56,692 bases of DNA, taken from positions 1-56,692 of the IMG/VR virus record IMGVR_UViG_3300050330_000084. The stretch is one strand, 5' to 3'. A program made the position numbers and the translations under genes. Numbering within the stretch: position 1 is the stretch's first letter; the number at the start of each line of letters is the position of its first letter. A model generated the notes under the pieces. The model searched no databases. It had not been told where the DNA came from and saw only the letters and a list, made by a program, of their open reading frames with translations. This document shows, in pieces, positions 36,775 to 46,110 of this stretch. Source of the DNA: a virus (lineage: Duplodnaviria; Caudoviricetes).

Positions 36775-36955
36775 TTTCGATATCGGTATGCCGATATCGG
36801 CCTGTTGCCGTCATGGACGGCGAATTGAATGGGCGCTCCGGCTTGCCTCAGGGTAGCGCACCCGTGTCGGCTGCCGGGGAGCATTCTCGTCTTGTAGGGC
36901 GCGACCCATCTCCTAACGAGAATGCTGCCCAACTCTATCCGCTCTCGCGGAAACT

Positions 36956-37621
36956 CTAAGCCGTCTGCCTCTGGCGCTCAGCCTTACGCTTCGCCATTTT
37001 GCGGCGATGCTCGTTTCGCTTGTTGGACCAGTCGAAATTGTCTTCTCCGGCTTGAGCTGAAAGCCAGTACGGCTCCGCTCGCCATGCGTCTCCGATCCTG
37101 GCGTCAACATGGCCGATTTCGTGGGGGTCGAGCAACCCCTCAACGGAACCGTTTCTGTAATTCTGCACATCGCTGCGAACCAGATGTGCACGAATTGACG
37201 CTATGGCGGCGTTTTTCCGCTTACGCCCAGTCTTTTCAGAGATGCCGGCGCGGCGGCACCAGTCTGTGAAGAACATGCGGCGGCAGTTCGCCATGCACTC
37301 CACCCAGCCCGCGAGAGCGGCGCGGTGGCCTTCGTTTTCAACCAGCGCGTACCAGCCCACGGCCTCCTCCGCTTCGGAGACGGAGCGGGGATCATCGGGA
37401 ATGGCCGAGAAGAACCTCTCGCGGTGTGTGGCGTGAGCATCGGCATCTTCCTTTCGCAGCATATCCCGTTCGCCTGGCTTCTTCCCCCAACCATTCATAT
37501 CCGCTTGGGAATGGACATAGGGGAGCTGCTGCGCCCTCAGATGCATTGGCCCGACGTAGTTGCCGTGATCGGCAATCTCAGCCGCCAGGATCAGCCGTTC
37601 GGTGATTTCCAGTTCGGTCAT
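36956..37621 (-). CDS. Putative late transcription regulator
   Basis: Last early gene before terS; C-terminal HTH-like WCRRAGISEKTGRKRKNAAI. Confidence 0.5.
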   Translation of the reverse strand: MTELEITERLILAAEIADHGNYVGPMHLRAQQLPYVHSQADMNGWGKKPGERDMLRKEDADAHATHRERFFSAIPDDPRSVSEAEEAVGWYALVENEGHRAALAGWVECMANCRRMFFTDWCRRAGISEKTGRKRKNAAIASIRAHLVRSDVQNYRNGSVEGLLDPHEIGHVDARIGDAWRAEPYWLSAQAGEDNFDWSNKRNEHRRKMAKRKAERQRQTA

Positions 37622-38055
37622 TGGCCGCGCTCCAATGGCAATTCGGGTTGAGGTGCGTCGAACCTCTCATATAGGTGGCGGTTCACCGCGCCGGCGAGCG
37701 CGGCCCTCTGGTTCACGATGCCGCTCAATCGCTGCTGGATTTCCCATTGGCGCTTCCCGACCGGCACATTGTCCCACACCTCGAACCATGCTTCTGGATC
37801 AGCCTGCAGCTCATCCCAATACGCCCGGACAAGATCGCTCGCGGCCCAGAGGCCTGTTTCATCGATCAAGGCCTTGTTGTTCGACGTCTCGACAAGCGTC
37901 CTCAGCACCCATCGGGCATGATCCTCTCCGTATCGGCGGATAATGCGCAGGATCGTCTTCACGGCCCGCGTCTGGCCGATCTCGGGATATCGATGTGCGG
38001 GGATGATCTCGACACCGAATTCGTCGCACAGGGCTTGGACACGGGGATCGATCAT
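37618..38055 (-). CDS. Hypothetical phage protein
   Basis: Coupled ORF in the early operon. Confidence 0.7.
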   Translation of the reverse strand: MIDPRVQALCDEFGVEIIPAHRYPEIGQTRAVKTILRIIRRYGEDHARWVLRTLVETSNNKALIDETGLWAASDLVRAYWDELQADPEAWFEVWDNVPVGKRQWEIQQRLSGIVNQRAALAGAVNRHLYERFDAPQPELPLERGQ

Positions 38056-38237
38056 ACGGCCACCCGCTTTCGCTTCTGCCTGATCTCGCCCACGATCTTC
38101 TCAATGGTCGTCACGCGATACCCGCACTTGTTGCATTCCTTCCGCCTACGGATGCCGCCGTGGCAAGGCCGGCTATCCACGGTGAGCAGCTTGCCCTTGC
38201 CGCAGGCAACACAGTGCAACCCGACGGGCTTGCTCAT
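38052..38237 (-). CDS. NrdR-like zinc-ribbon protein
   Basis: CVACG..TVDSR...IRRRKECNKCGYRVTTIE. Confidence 0.8.
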   Translation of the reverse strand: MSKPVGLHCVACGKGKLLTVDSRPCHGGIRRRKECNKCGYRVTTIEKIVGEIRQKRKRVAV

Positions 38238-38614
38238 TTCAGCCCTCGCTTCCGCAGAGCGTGCAGAATGGTCGTGTGATCACGGTGGAATGCCTTGCCG
38301 AGTTGGCCCAAGGACATCGTCGGCCGCGCCTTGTGCACCTCCACGATGGCATCCATCCGGGCCGTCACGATGTTCTTGAACCGGGACGCGCCGACGATGT
38401 CCTGATAGGTCAGCCCATGCCTCGCGGCGACGTCATTGATGATCTCACGGACGGGCGACACGAAGGCGATAACCGTGCTTTCTGGCTCAGTCTCGGCCAC
38501 TGGCGCGGACTTCGGCAAAGTGGCCATTCTCTCCGCTTCAAGCCTTGCCGCGCGCTCCGCAGCTATTCTACGGATGCCAGCTTCGGTAAAGCGGCCATAG
38601 GCGGCGATGGTCAT
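38234..38614 (-). CDS. DnaA C-terminal-like HTH protein
   Basis: SLGQLGKAFHRDHTTILHALRK matches the DnaA domain IV signature. Confidence 0.8.
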   Translation of the reverse strand: MTIAAYGRFTEAGIRRIAAERAARLEAERMATLPKSAPVAETEPESTVIAFVSPVREIINDVAARHGLTYQDIVGASRFKNIVTARMDAIVEVHKARPTMSLGQLGKAFHRDHTTILHALRKRGLK

Positions 38615-38772
38615 GCCCGGGCCCTCCTGATTGAATTGCCACTGGTGATCATGACGAACCCGTCCTCGAACTCGACGCGGATGGAGTTCATGACCTTGGC
38701 GCGGGCGGTGACGGCGCAGCACTGGCCTTTGCGTCCCTGACGGTTCCAGAAGTACACGTAGGGATAGGTCAT
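38611..38772 (-). CDS. Small hypothetical protein (53 aa, not in ORF track)
   Basis: MTYPYVYFWNRQGRKGQCC...; ATGA overlaps at both ends. Confidence 0.6.
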   Translation of the reverse strand: MTYPYVYFWNRQGRKGQCCAVTARAKVMNSIRVEFEDGFVMITSGNSIRRARA

Positions 38773-39098
38773 GCGCGCTCGCGCTCCTTGGCGCCGGCTA
38801 GCATGGCCGTGAAAATCGAAATGTCGGTCTTTCGAGGCTGAAGCGGACGGAAGCGACGAGCGCCAAAGCGTGGTTCACCAGCCGCCCACGGCTTGAAAGT
38901 GATACGAGGGTTTCTGATCTCGCGAAGCCGGACGTAGACCTTGCCATCCTCTTGTGCCACGCCGATTTCGCGGATGGTGTAGATTCTACCCGGCTCAGGC
39001 AGGCGACATCCCTTCGCAACGACAGCCGCGGCGTGACGAGGCCATTCAATGTCTAGGCACACGACCTTCATTCCAACGTGCCAATCGAGGTAGCTCAT
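38769..39098 (-). CDS. Hypothetical phage protein
   Basis: VGMKVVC...GRIYTIREI...RFRPL; coupled ORF. Confidence 0.7.
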   Translation of the reverse strand: MSYLDWHVGMKVVCLDIEWPRHAAAVVAKGCRLPEPGRIYTIREIGVAQEDGKVYVRLREIRNPRITFKPWAAGEPRFGARRFRPLQPRKTDISIFTAMLAGAKERERA

Positions 39099-39451
39099 GC
39101 CCGCGCCCTCCGTCCGAGCCGCTTCACTTCGATCTCCCTGCCATTGACGAATAGCCGAGATGGACCGGCAGCGCCGAACACACGCTCGCGTTCGGCCACT
39201 GCCTCAGCTTTCTTCTGCCGGCGCCAATCATCGATGCTGCCCAGCGGTTCCGGCTCCAGTTCGATAATGTGGGCTGGCGCACGCGATGCCTCGTCCAGTT
39301 CGACAAGTCGATCAGCCGCAGTCTTCGCAGCCGTAGCGCTAGGGAAATCCATGTTGCGCATGAACCACCACCGCTCCGTCGGTGATCGGCGAAACTCAGG
39401 GCGGTATTTCTCGCCGCAGGAGGCGATACGGTATTCGAGTATGCCGGTCAT
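39095..39451 (-). CDS. Hypothetical protein
   Basis: Coupled ORF after dnaB. Confidence 0.6.
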   Translation of the reverse strand: MTGILEYRIASCGEKYRPEFRRSPTERWWFMRNMDFPSATAAKTAADRLVELDEASRAPAHIIELEPEPLGSIDDWRRQKKAEAVAERERVFGAAGPSRLFVNGREIEVKRLGRRARA

Positions 39452-40921
39452 TCACATGAACCCTTCGAATGCGGGAGGCATGTCCTCGACGCCTGACGAG
39501 AAGCGCGTGAACTCGGCCTCGAACCTGATTTCCTGAGAGGTGCCGGACTCGCCACGCCGGCGCTTGTGGTTGATGAGCCAGGCTTTGCCGGTGACATCGG
39601 CGAGCTTCTCGATAAGCTCTTGCTTCCTGGTCTTGTCGCCACGCTCGATGGCAGCTTGCGAAAGCCGCTCCGGTGCCATCGTGGGGATCAGTTCCTTGTA
39701 CAGCGGCTCCGGTCGGTAGAGGCTGAACCACACGTCGAGGTTCTGCTTGACACTCCCGCCGCCGTAGGCATCGCCCATAATCGGGCGGATGGAACCGCCT
39801 GACGCGAACCGCTTCTTCCATTCGTCGTTGCGCTGGATCAGGATGACGATGGCGACGTTCAGCGCCTTCGCGATCGCCTTGAGGCCGCGGTACAACGCAT
39901 TGATCCGCTCAGCGAACAGTTCACCCGCCTTGCCCGGCAACTGGATCATTTTCGCATGATCGATCATGACCAGATCCAGCCCAGTCGACTTCTTCATAGC
40001 CTCGATGCGAATGCGAATGTCCGAAAGGCTGCAGTCGGAGAACGGGACGATATCGAACGGGATATCAATGGATCGGGAAAGCTCGGCCTCGATGTCCGCC
40101 TGCTCCTTACTGTTCAGCGTGAACGCATCGAGGCGGCCGAGAGAAATACCGGAGGCCTGTGCCGCAGCTTGGAGAGCCGCTTCCTCTTCCGTGATTTCGA
40201 TCGAGAAGAACGCGGCTTTGTAGCCGGCGAGCGCGGCATGGCGGACCTGCTGGAGCGAGAAGGACGTTTTCCCGCCGCCCGAATCCGACATGAAGCCTAT
40301 CAGGTTGCCGCGGCGGATATCGCCGGCAATCGCGGTGATCTCAGGCAGGAACCAGGAAATAAGCGCCGAAGCGTCCTCGCTGGCTTTCTGGACGCGCTCG
40401 ATGGCCTTAGGCAACAGCACGCCATACTTCAACGACGCGGCCCGCTCGTTGCCTTCCTGAGCGATCTCGGTGAGCCTGTCCGCCGTCGCCGTGATGATTT
40501 TTTCCGGCGTCATATCCACCGGCATGTTGAGTGCGAGCGCCTCTAGGTCACGGGCTGCGCTGATCAGGCGGTTCCGAGCCCACATTTCAATGATTGCCCG
40601 GCCGTAGTCGTAGGCACCTGAGATCGTTACAGCACCAGCAACCAGCCTGACGACGTATTCGAACATGGTCTGCTCGCCCACCATCAGTTCGGGCAGGTAG
40701 GGCTTGATGGTGATCGGGTTCACCGCCCTGCCCTCGGCGATCATTGTGCCCATGATCTCGTAAAGATTAGCGTGAATCGGCTCATGGAAGTGGGTTGGCT
40801 TGAGGAAGCCGGCGACACGCCAGTAGGCGTCGCCGGAATGCAGGATGGAACCGAGTAAGGCCTGTTCGGCCTCGATGGCATCGGGCAGCGCGGGCCGGAA
40901 GTCGCGGGAATGAGCGTTCAT
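39452..40921 (-). CDS. dnaB: Replicative DNA helicase, DnaB family
   Basis: LPDAIEAEQALLG N-domain, GGGKTS Walker A, FFSIE, MIDH, LKAIAKALNV. Confidence 0.88.
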   Translation of the reverse strand: MNAHSRDFRPALPDAIEAEQALLGSILHSGDAYWRVAGFLKPTHFHEPIHANLYEIMGTMIAEGRAVNPITIKPYLPELMVGEQTMFEYVVRLVAGAVTISGAYDYGRAIIEMWARNRLISAARDLEALALNMPVDMTPEKIITATADRLTEIAQEGNERAASLKYGVLLPKAIERVQKASEDASALISWFLPEITAIAGDIRRGNLIGFMSDSGGGKTSFSLQQVRHAALAGYKAAFFSIEITEEEAALQAAAQASGISLGRLDAFTLNSKEQADIEAELSRSIDIPFDIVPFSDCSLSDIRIRIEAMKKSTGLDLVMIDHAKMIQLPGKAGELFAERINALYRGLKAIAKALNVAIVILIQRNDEWKKRFASGGSIRPIMGDAYGGGSVKQNLDVWFSLYRPEPLYKELIPTMAPERLSQAAIERGDKTRKQELIEKLADVTGKAWLINHKRRRGESGTSQEIRFEAEFTRFSSGVEDMPPAFEGFM

Positions 40922-40986
40922 GCCACGATCCTCGCTTGAAACGACGAACGCTCTACGCTTCGATAGGAATTGGGGGCGATTCCACC

Positions 40987-41793
40987 ATGAGCTACGGCTT
41001 TGAAGTCGGCCGAACCTATAACCGGCGCCAGGACATTCACGCTCGCTTTGGCGGGCAGCAGCAGGGCGGGATTATCACGCCGAAAGCTCAGCCGGTCGTC
41101 ATAATCATCACCGGAGAAGATGGGCTCACGCACGGCTATGCCGACCGCTCCTTGCCCGACGGCACATTCGAATATTTCGGCGAAGGCCAGATCGGCGACA
41201 TGCAGTGGGTCCGCGGCAATCGTGCTATTCGCGATCATTCTCTGGACGGCAAGTCGCTTCTTCTGTTTCGGAAGACGAGCGAGGGCCTCAGGTTCATTAA
41301 CGAGATGGTCTACTCGGCGCATCACATCGAGCGTGCGCCGGACAGTAAGGGCACAGAGCGCGACGCGATCGTGTTTGAGCTTCGGCAGCTGGAGGCAGTT
41401 GGCGCCGCGGTTGACAACGCAACGCCGGACACCAGTAACACTCTTTCTGAGTTGCGCCGACGCGCATTCGAGGCCGCGGGCGTCCGACCTCCGAAGCCTG
41501 GGAGCAAGCCCCGAACCATCTACCAACGAGCCGCTGACGTCCGAGACTATGTCCTGGCGCGCGCGGTCGGTCTTTGCGAAGGGTGCGGAGCGCCGGCGCC
41601 GTTCAAACGGCCGGATGGATCGCCCTATCTCGAACCGCACCACATCCGCCGGGTGAGTGATGGCGGGCCGGATGATCCTCGCTTCGTGATTGCGCTTTGC
41701 CCGAATTGTCACCGGCGGGTTCATGCCGGAGCCGATGGGTCGGCCTATAACGCAACGCTCTTGGCTCGGATGAAAACAATCGAGCCAGGATGA
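40987..41793 (+). CDS. SRA-like plus McrA-type HNH endonuclease (putative type IV restriction)
   Basis: GGQQQGGI...GYAD...FEYFGEGQIGDM...GN.AIRDH N-domain; CEGC...YLEPHH...GGPDD...ALCPNCH. Confidence 0.78.
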   Translation: MSYGFEVGRTYNRRQDIHARFGGQQQGGIITPKAQPVVIIITGEDGLTHGYADRSLPDGTFEYFGEGQIGDMQWVRGNRAIRDHSLDGKSLLLFRKTSEGLRFINEMVYSAHHIERAPDSKGTERDAIVFELRQLEAVGAAVDNATPDTSNTLSELRRRAFEAAGVRPPKPGSKPRTIYQRAADVRDYVLARAVGLCEGCGAPAPFKRPDGSPYLEPHHIRRVSDGGPDDPRFVIALCPNCHRRVHAGADGSAYNATLLARMKTIEPG

Positions 41794-41910
41794 GTGCTGT
41801 CCCTGGTCTTGACGCCAGAGCCCCTCAAACACATATCGATCTCGGGTGTTGGCCGCTGTCGGTCTACGCCTAACCCGAAACGCCAAAACTCGTTCGACTT
41901 GGAGGATCTG

Positions 41911-42213
41911 ATGAACGATCGGATTTTCGACAGCCCCGTATTCGTCAAGAACGGGAACACTCTCATCCAGGAGATTGCGTGCCTCGAAGACGCACTGGAA
42001 TTTCTCTACGAATGGCCAAAGAAGCGCCGCGGGCCGATCTACGAGACCGCGCTTCGCGCCTGCCAGCGCGCGTTCGACAGCGACTATCCGTTGTCCGCTG
42101 CCAGGCAGGCATTCGCTGGCTTTGCGAAGTCGGTGAGAATCCTTGAGGACATCTCCACACCCATGCCGTGGGTGACCGCAAAAGCAGGTCAGGGCGGCGG
42201 CGTAACGGCTTAG
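41911..42213 (+). CDS. DUF982 family protein
   Basis: FDSPVFV, ALEFLYEWP, ALRAC, ARQAFAGFAK. Confidence 0.8.
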   Translation: MNDRIFDSPVFVKNGNTLIQEIACLEDALEFLYEWPKKRRGPIYETALRACQRAFDSDYPLSAARQAFAGFAKSVRILEDISTPMPWVTAKAGQGGGVTA

Positions 42214-42234
42214 GAAGAGACGTGGGAGGTTCCG

Positions 42235-42516
42235 ATGCTTTCTCAGCCTTTTGAAAAGCCGGTCTGCGTATGGGTTGGACTTGGTTTCCCGCGCCAGATC
42301 AATTCCGTCGTAGATGCCTACCAGTTCGCGATGGACTATTGCGGCAACAGTCCTGAGCAAAGGGCGGCGATCCGTGCTTGCAAGGCAGCGTTGACCGGCG
42401 AAGTCGATGCCGAGACGGCCCGCAGCATTTTCGTCGCCTTTGCCAAGAAAAAGGGCCTCATGGTCGATGACTGGGTACCCCCGCCTATAAAGGGCGAGCG
42501 GCGCCCCCATGTCTGA
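42235..42516 (+). CDS. DUF982 family protein
   Basis: FEKPVCVWVGLGFPRQI, ACKAALTGEVDAETARSIFVAFA. Confidence 0.8.
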   Translation: MLSQPFEKPVCVWVGLGFPRQINSVVDAYQFAMDYCGNSPEQRAAIRACKAALTGEVDAETARSIFVAFAKKKGLMVDDWVPPPIKGERRPHV

Positions 42517-42536
42517 TCTACGCAGGGCGGTCGTTC

Positions 42537-43103
42537 TCATGCGGCCGCCCTCGCCTGCATCATCCGATACGTCTGCGTCGTCGCCCCATAGAGCGCGATG
42601 CACACAGCCTCGGCCTGATCGTCGTTCTTCACCGGAATGCGAAGCATCTGGCAGGACTCCTTGGCCTTCCGCTTCGCGTCTTCCCGGCCAAGGTTTCCGT
42701 TCTTCAGGATCGCCGCGCGCCATGTCTTCGGCTGCACCGGCTCATAGGCGATGCGCCGGGCCCGAGCGGCATGGCGGATATGACCCTGAATATCGCGAAG
42801 GATGAGCTGGTCTGCGTTCACCGTCATCGGCGGCGCTTTCGTCGGGCCAACAAGGTCTTCCCTGCCCTGCTTGACGAACGAGCGAATGACTTCGGCCGCC
42901 GCTTCCCAGATCACGAACTGAGGCTTGTGCGCCCGGAACAACTTCTCGATCTCGTCGCAAAAGATCGCGGTCTTCTCCTCGGTCGACATGTGTGTTGTCG
43001 GGCGAGCCGTGAACGATCCGATAAGCATCGAGGAATGCGACGGCGGCTCGAACAGGCACCAGCCGGTACGGGCGATACTCTGATCGAAGGCGAGGATGAG
43101 CAT
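42537..43103 (-). CDS. RuvC-like Holliday junction resolvase
   Basis: ILAFDQSIARTGW, VIWE, KTWR, DDQAEA. Confidence 0.75.
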   Translation of the reverse strand: MLILAFDQSIARTGWCLFEPPSHSSMLIGSFTARPTTHMSTEEKTAIFCDEIEKLFRAHKPQFVIWEAAAEVIRSFVKQGREDLVGPTKAPPMTVNADQLILRDIQGHIRHAARARRIAYEPVQPKTWRAAILKNGNLGREDAKRKAKESCQMLRIPVKNDDQAEAVCIALYGATTQTYRMMQARAAA

Positions 43104-44095
43104 CAGGCGGCGACCTCCGCCGGCTCGGCTGCCGTGAAAATGTCCTCCTGCACTGGCGGCGCGAGGTTCTCCCCGAACTTCGCGGCCGCGAGATTGCGAA
43201 CGGCCTGGCGGAAGTAGCTCGCCTTCAGTTCGGCGCCGATGCCCTTCCGTCCCTTCGTCACCGCCGACCAGACTTCGGAGCCGACGCCCATGAACGGGGT
43301 CAGCACCGTTTCGTCAGGGTTGCTGCGCATCTGAATTGCGCGGTCGATCACGTCGAGTTGGAGCGGATGGACGTGCTTTTCGTCGTCCTGATCCTTGGCC
43401 TCGACGTAGGGCAGCACCCGGCCCATGCGGATATCGTCCCATATCGAGGACGCGTAGCGCCTCCAGATCCAGTGCGAGAACTTGTTCTGTTTCTGGTCGC
43501 CCTCGAAACCTCGAATGCGGCGGACCTCGACGGGCATCTTGCTATCGTCGCCGGCATACTCGAGGAAGCCCGTCGGATGCGACACAGGGATCGGGTTTTC
43601 GCCGCGCCTGCGGAAGATAATGAGATAGTCGGCCGACGCGACGCCGCATTTCGTGCTGTCGTCTACGGCGGTCTTGTGCGCCAAATTCTTTTGCATGGTC
43701 CGATTGCGGACCCACAGCGGCTCTTTCCAGATCGCGTGACGACAGATGAAGTCGAAGCCCATGCGCTGGTGCAGGCGGATGATATCGCCGGGGAAATCGA
43801 TGTAGGCGTCGGACCCTGTGTTGCCGGTGGGCACGTCCATGCAATGAACGGCCGAACAGCGGCCGGGCAACGTCACTCGGGCGATCTCGCGCACCACGTA
43901 CTCATAATGCTGGAAGAACTGGTCGTAGTCCCTGCAGTTCGACAGGTCGCGTTCGTCGCTGGAATAGTTGTAGAGGCCGCCGAAGGGCGGGGAATAGACC
44001 GACATATGCACCGAGCGATCGGGCAGGCCCTGCATCACGTCGATGCAGTCGCCGTGGTACAGCGCGTAGGTATCGGTGATCACTTGGCTCGACAT
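43103..44095 (-). CDS. DNA methyltransferase, N4-C/N6-A beta class
   Basis: YHGDC, SPPF catalytic motif preceding TPFMGVGSE. Confidence 0.9.
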   Translation of the reverse strand: MSSQVITDTYALYHGDCIDVMQGLPDRSVHMSVYSPPFGGLYNYSSDERDLSNCRDYDQFFQHYEYVVREIARVTLPGRCSAVHCMDVPTGNTGSDAYIDFPGDIIRLHQRMGFDFICRHAIWKEPLWVRNRTMQKNLAHKTAVDDSTKCGVASADYLIIFRRRGENPIPVSHPTGFLEYAGDDSKMPVEVRRIRGFEGDQKQNKFSHWIWRRYASSIWDDIRMGRVLPYVEAKDQDDEKHVHPLQLDVIDRAIQMRSNPDETVLTPFMGVGSEVWSAVTKGRKGIGAELKASYFRQAVRNLAAAKFGENLAPPVQEDIFTAAEPAEVAA

Positions 44096-44634
44096 TGATC
44101 GCCGCTCCTGCGCTTTTCGTTGACGATGTGGTTTATGAGGCAAAGGCTGACGCCGTAGCGTTCGGCCAAATCCCGTTGCGTGGTTCTACCGGATCGATAG
44201 ACGGCGCGGATATCCGCTTCCGTGTCAGGAGCCAGCCGGCGACGTTTCGGCTTTCCGATGTCATCGGTGCCGTGGACAATTCTGTCGGCTTGATTTTGCG
44301 ACGGCGTTCCCCACGACAAATTTGAGAGCGCGTTGTTTTTGGTATGCCGATCGGGGAAATGCCGCCCTTCCATCCCTTGCGGACATGGCCCAACGAAAGC
44401 CGCCAACACGAGGCGATGCACCAAGAAATTCTTGTACTGGCCATCACGGCTCAAACTGACGGAACAATAGTGCCCGTCGAATTTCTGGACCAATATGCGC
44501 TCTCGAACCGACCGGCGGCCTCCCCTGCCAACAACGTCAATATTCAGTTGTCGGGCGACAGATCGAACGCGTCCCAAATCCGAAACTTCATAAAGCCCCT
44601 CATAGCCGGGGACCGGCTTCCACGCCTGAATCAT
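44080..44634 (-). CDS. NUMOD4-HNH homing endonuclease
   Basis: WKPVPGYEGLYEVSDLGRVRS, VHRLV..AF, NNALSNL.W. Confidence 0.9.
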   Translation of the reverse strand: MIQAWKPVPGYEGLYEVSDLGRVRSVARQLNIDVVGRGGRRSVRERILVQKFDGHYCSVSLSRDGQYKNFLVHRLVLAAFVGPCPQGMEGRHFPDRHTKNNALSNLSWGTPSQNQADRIVHGTDDIGKPKRRRLAPDTEADIRAVYRSGRTTQRDLAERYGVSLCLINHIVNEKRRSGDQCRAK

Positions 44635-46016
44635 GCAGCGGCCTCCAACCACTTCGGAATATTGATCGGTCCAGACGACGCGCGTGACGGATTGACCGCC
44701 ATCTCGTTGCACATCGAACTGATAAGGTTGGAGAACATGGCTTCGGCCTGTTCGGCCTTGCGCTGGCGGTTCTCGATGATCTTGCGCTCGCCCTCGGTCA
44801 TCACCGAGTCGACAATGACCTCTTGCGTCTGGCCGAAGCGCCAGCACCGGCGAACGCCTTGGTAGTACTGCTCATAGGAGTGCGACGGAAAATCCACGAC
44901 ATGGGCGCAGTGCTGGAAATTCAACCCGAGGGCCGCGATCCTTGCCTTCGTGACCAGCACCCGAAAACCTCCGTCAACGAAGTCCATGAGGCGGCCTTCC
45001 TTGACATCATCGGACTGCGATCCGGAAACCTGCTTCGCACCGGGAATGATGCGCTCGAGCAAATCGGCTTCTTCGTTGAACTGGCACCAGACGATTGCCG
45101 GACGGTCGTGGGTGGCGAGTTCCGCGGCGCGCTCGCACCGTATCTTGATTGTGCGCTTCTTCTCGTCTCGCTGTTCCGGCAGGGTCGACGCCGGCAGGTT
45201 GAACAGCATGCCGTTCGGAAGGCTGTCGGCCTCGACCAGATGTTGGTTTTCGACCAGTGGCGGGAGAATGAAGCGGCCATCATCAAAGCCAAGATCGGAT
45301 GGCCGGCGCATGGCCCGTGCCCATGAACACACCCAACGCCAGAACGGCAGTTCGGCATGGCCCTTGAAACGCCACTTCGGAGCCTCGCCATACATACGGC
45401 GCGTGGCGCTGTTGTTCTGATCATTCCGGAAGAACCGGTTGAGCATGTCCATGTAGCCGAGATAGCCGAGGGCCTCGGATGACGTGCCAAGCTCGATGTA
45501 ATCGTTCGGCGCCGCGGTCGCCGTCGCCAACAGGCGGTACGGCACCTTGCGCATGAATTCGGTGATTTCCGCCTTGCGCGCGCCATCGAAGGATTTGAGG
45601 ATTGAGCTTTCGTCACAGACGACGCCGGCGAAATCGGCCGGGTTGAATGTAGCCAGACGCTCATAGTTCGTGACGACGATCTTGGATGCCACCGATCCAT
45701 CGGAAGATCGTGATGCTTCGATATCGAACTTGGCGGCCTCGCGGACAATCTGCGCGGCTACGGCGAGCGGTGCGGCCACCAGCACCGGGCGATTGGTATG
45801 CTCGACAACGTTCTGCGCCCAGGTCAGGAACTGGACCGTCTTGCCAAGGCCGCAATCCTCAAACAGCGCAGCCCTGCCCTTGCTGACTGCATAATCGACC
45901 ATCGACTGCTGGAAATCGAAAAGCTCGGCCGGCATGAACGTCGGCTCGAAACCGCTGTCAGCGCCTTCGTGAACCTTGGCGTCCAAGAATTGCCGATAGT
46001 CGGGATGGATGCTCAT
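44631..46016 (-). CDS. SNF2-like SF2 helicase
   Basis: LFDFQ, GLGKT, DESS, TATAAPND, GLNFQHC, RCWRFGQ. Confidence 0.9.
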   Translation of the reverse strand: MSIHPDYRQFLDAKVHEGADSGFEPTFMPAELFDFQQSMVDYAVSKGRAALFEDCGLGKTVQFLTWAQNVVEHTNRPVLVAAPLAVAAQIVREAAKFDIEASRSSDGSVASKIVVTNYERLATFNPADFAGVVCDESSILKSFDGARKAEITEFMRKVPYRLLATATAAPNDYIELGTSSEALGYLGYMDMLNRFFRNDQNNSATRRMYGEAPKWRFKGHAELPFWRWVCSWARAMRRPSDLGFDDGRFILPPLVENQHLVEADSLPNGMLFNLPASTLPEQRDEKKRTIKIRCERAAELATHDRPAIVWCQFNEEADLLERIIPGAKQVSGSQSDDVKEGRLMDFVDGGFRVLVTKARIAALGLNFQHCAHVVDFPSHSYEQYYQGVRRCWRFGQTQEVIVDSVMTEGERKIIENRQRKAEQAEAMFSNLISSMCNEMAVNPSRASSGPINIPKWLEAAA

Positions 46017-46110
46017 CTCACCACCGTCATGAACAGGACGAAGGCGTATGCTCCAGTGATCACGAGACCCCAGAGGCACGATGCAGCAAGGAGCTGGCGC
46101 ATATGCGGCT

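Noticed and set aside
44080-44634. Group I intron or intein around the NUMOD4-HNH
   Set aside because: Flanking genes have complete termini and overlap the HNH gene, leaving no room for a ribozyme core
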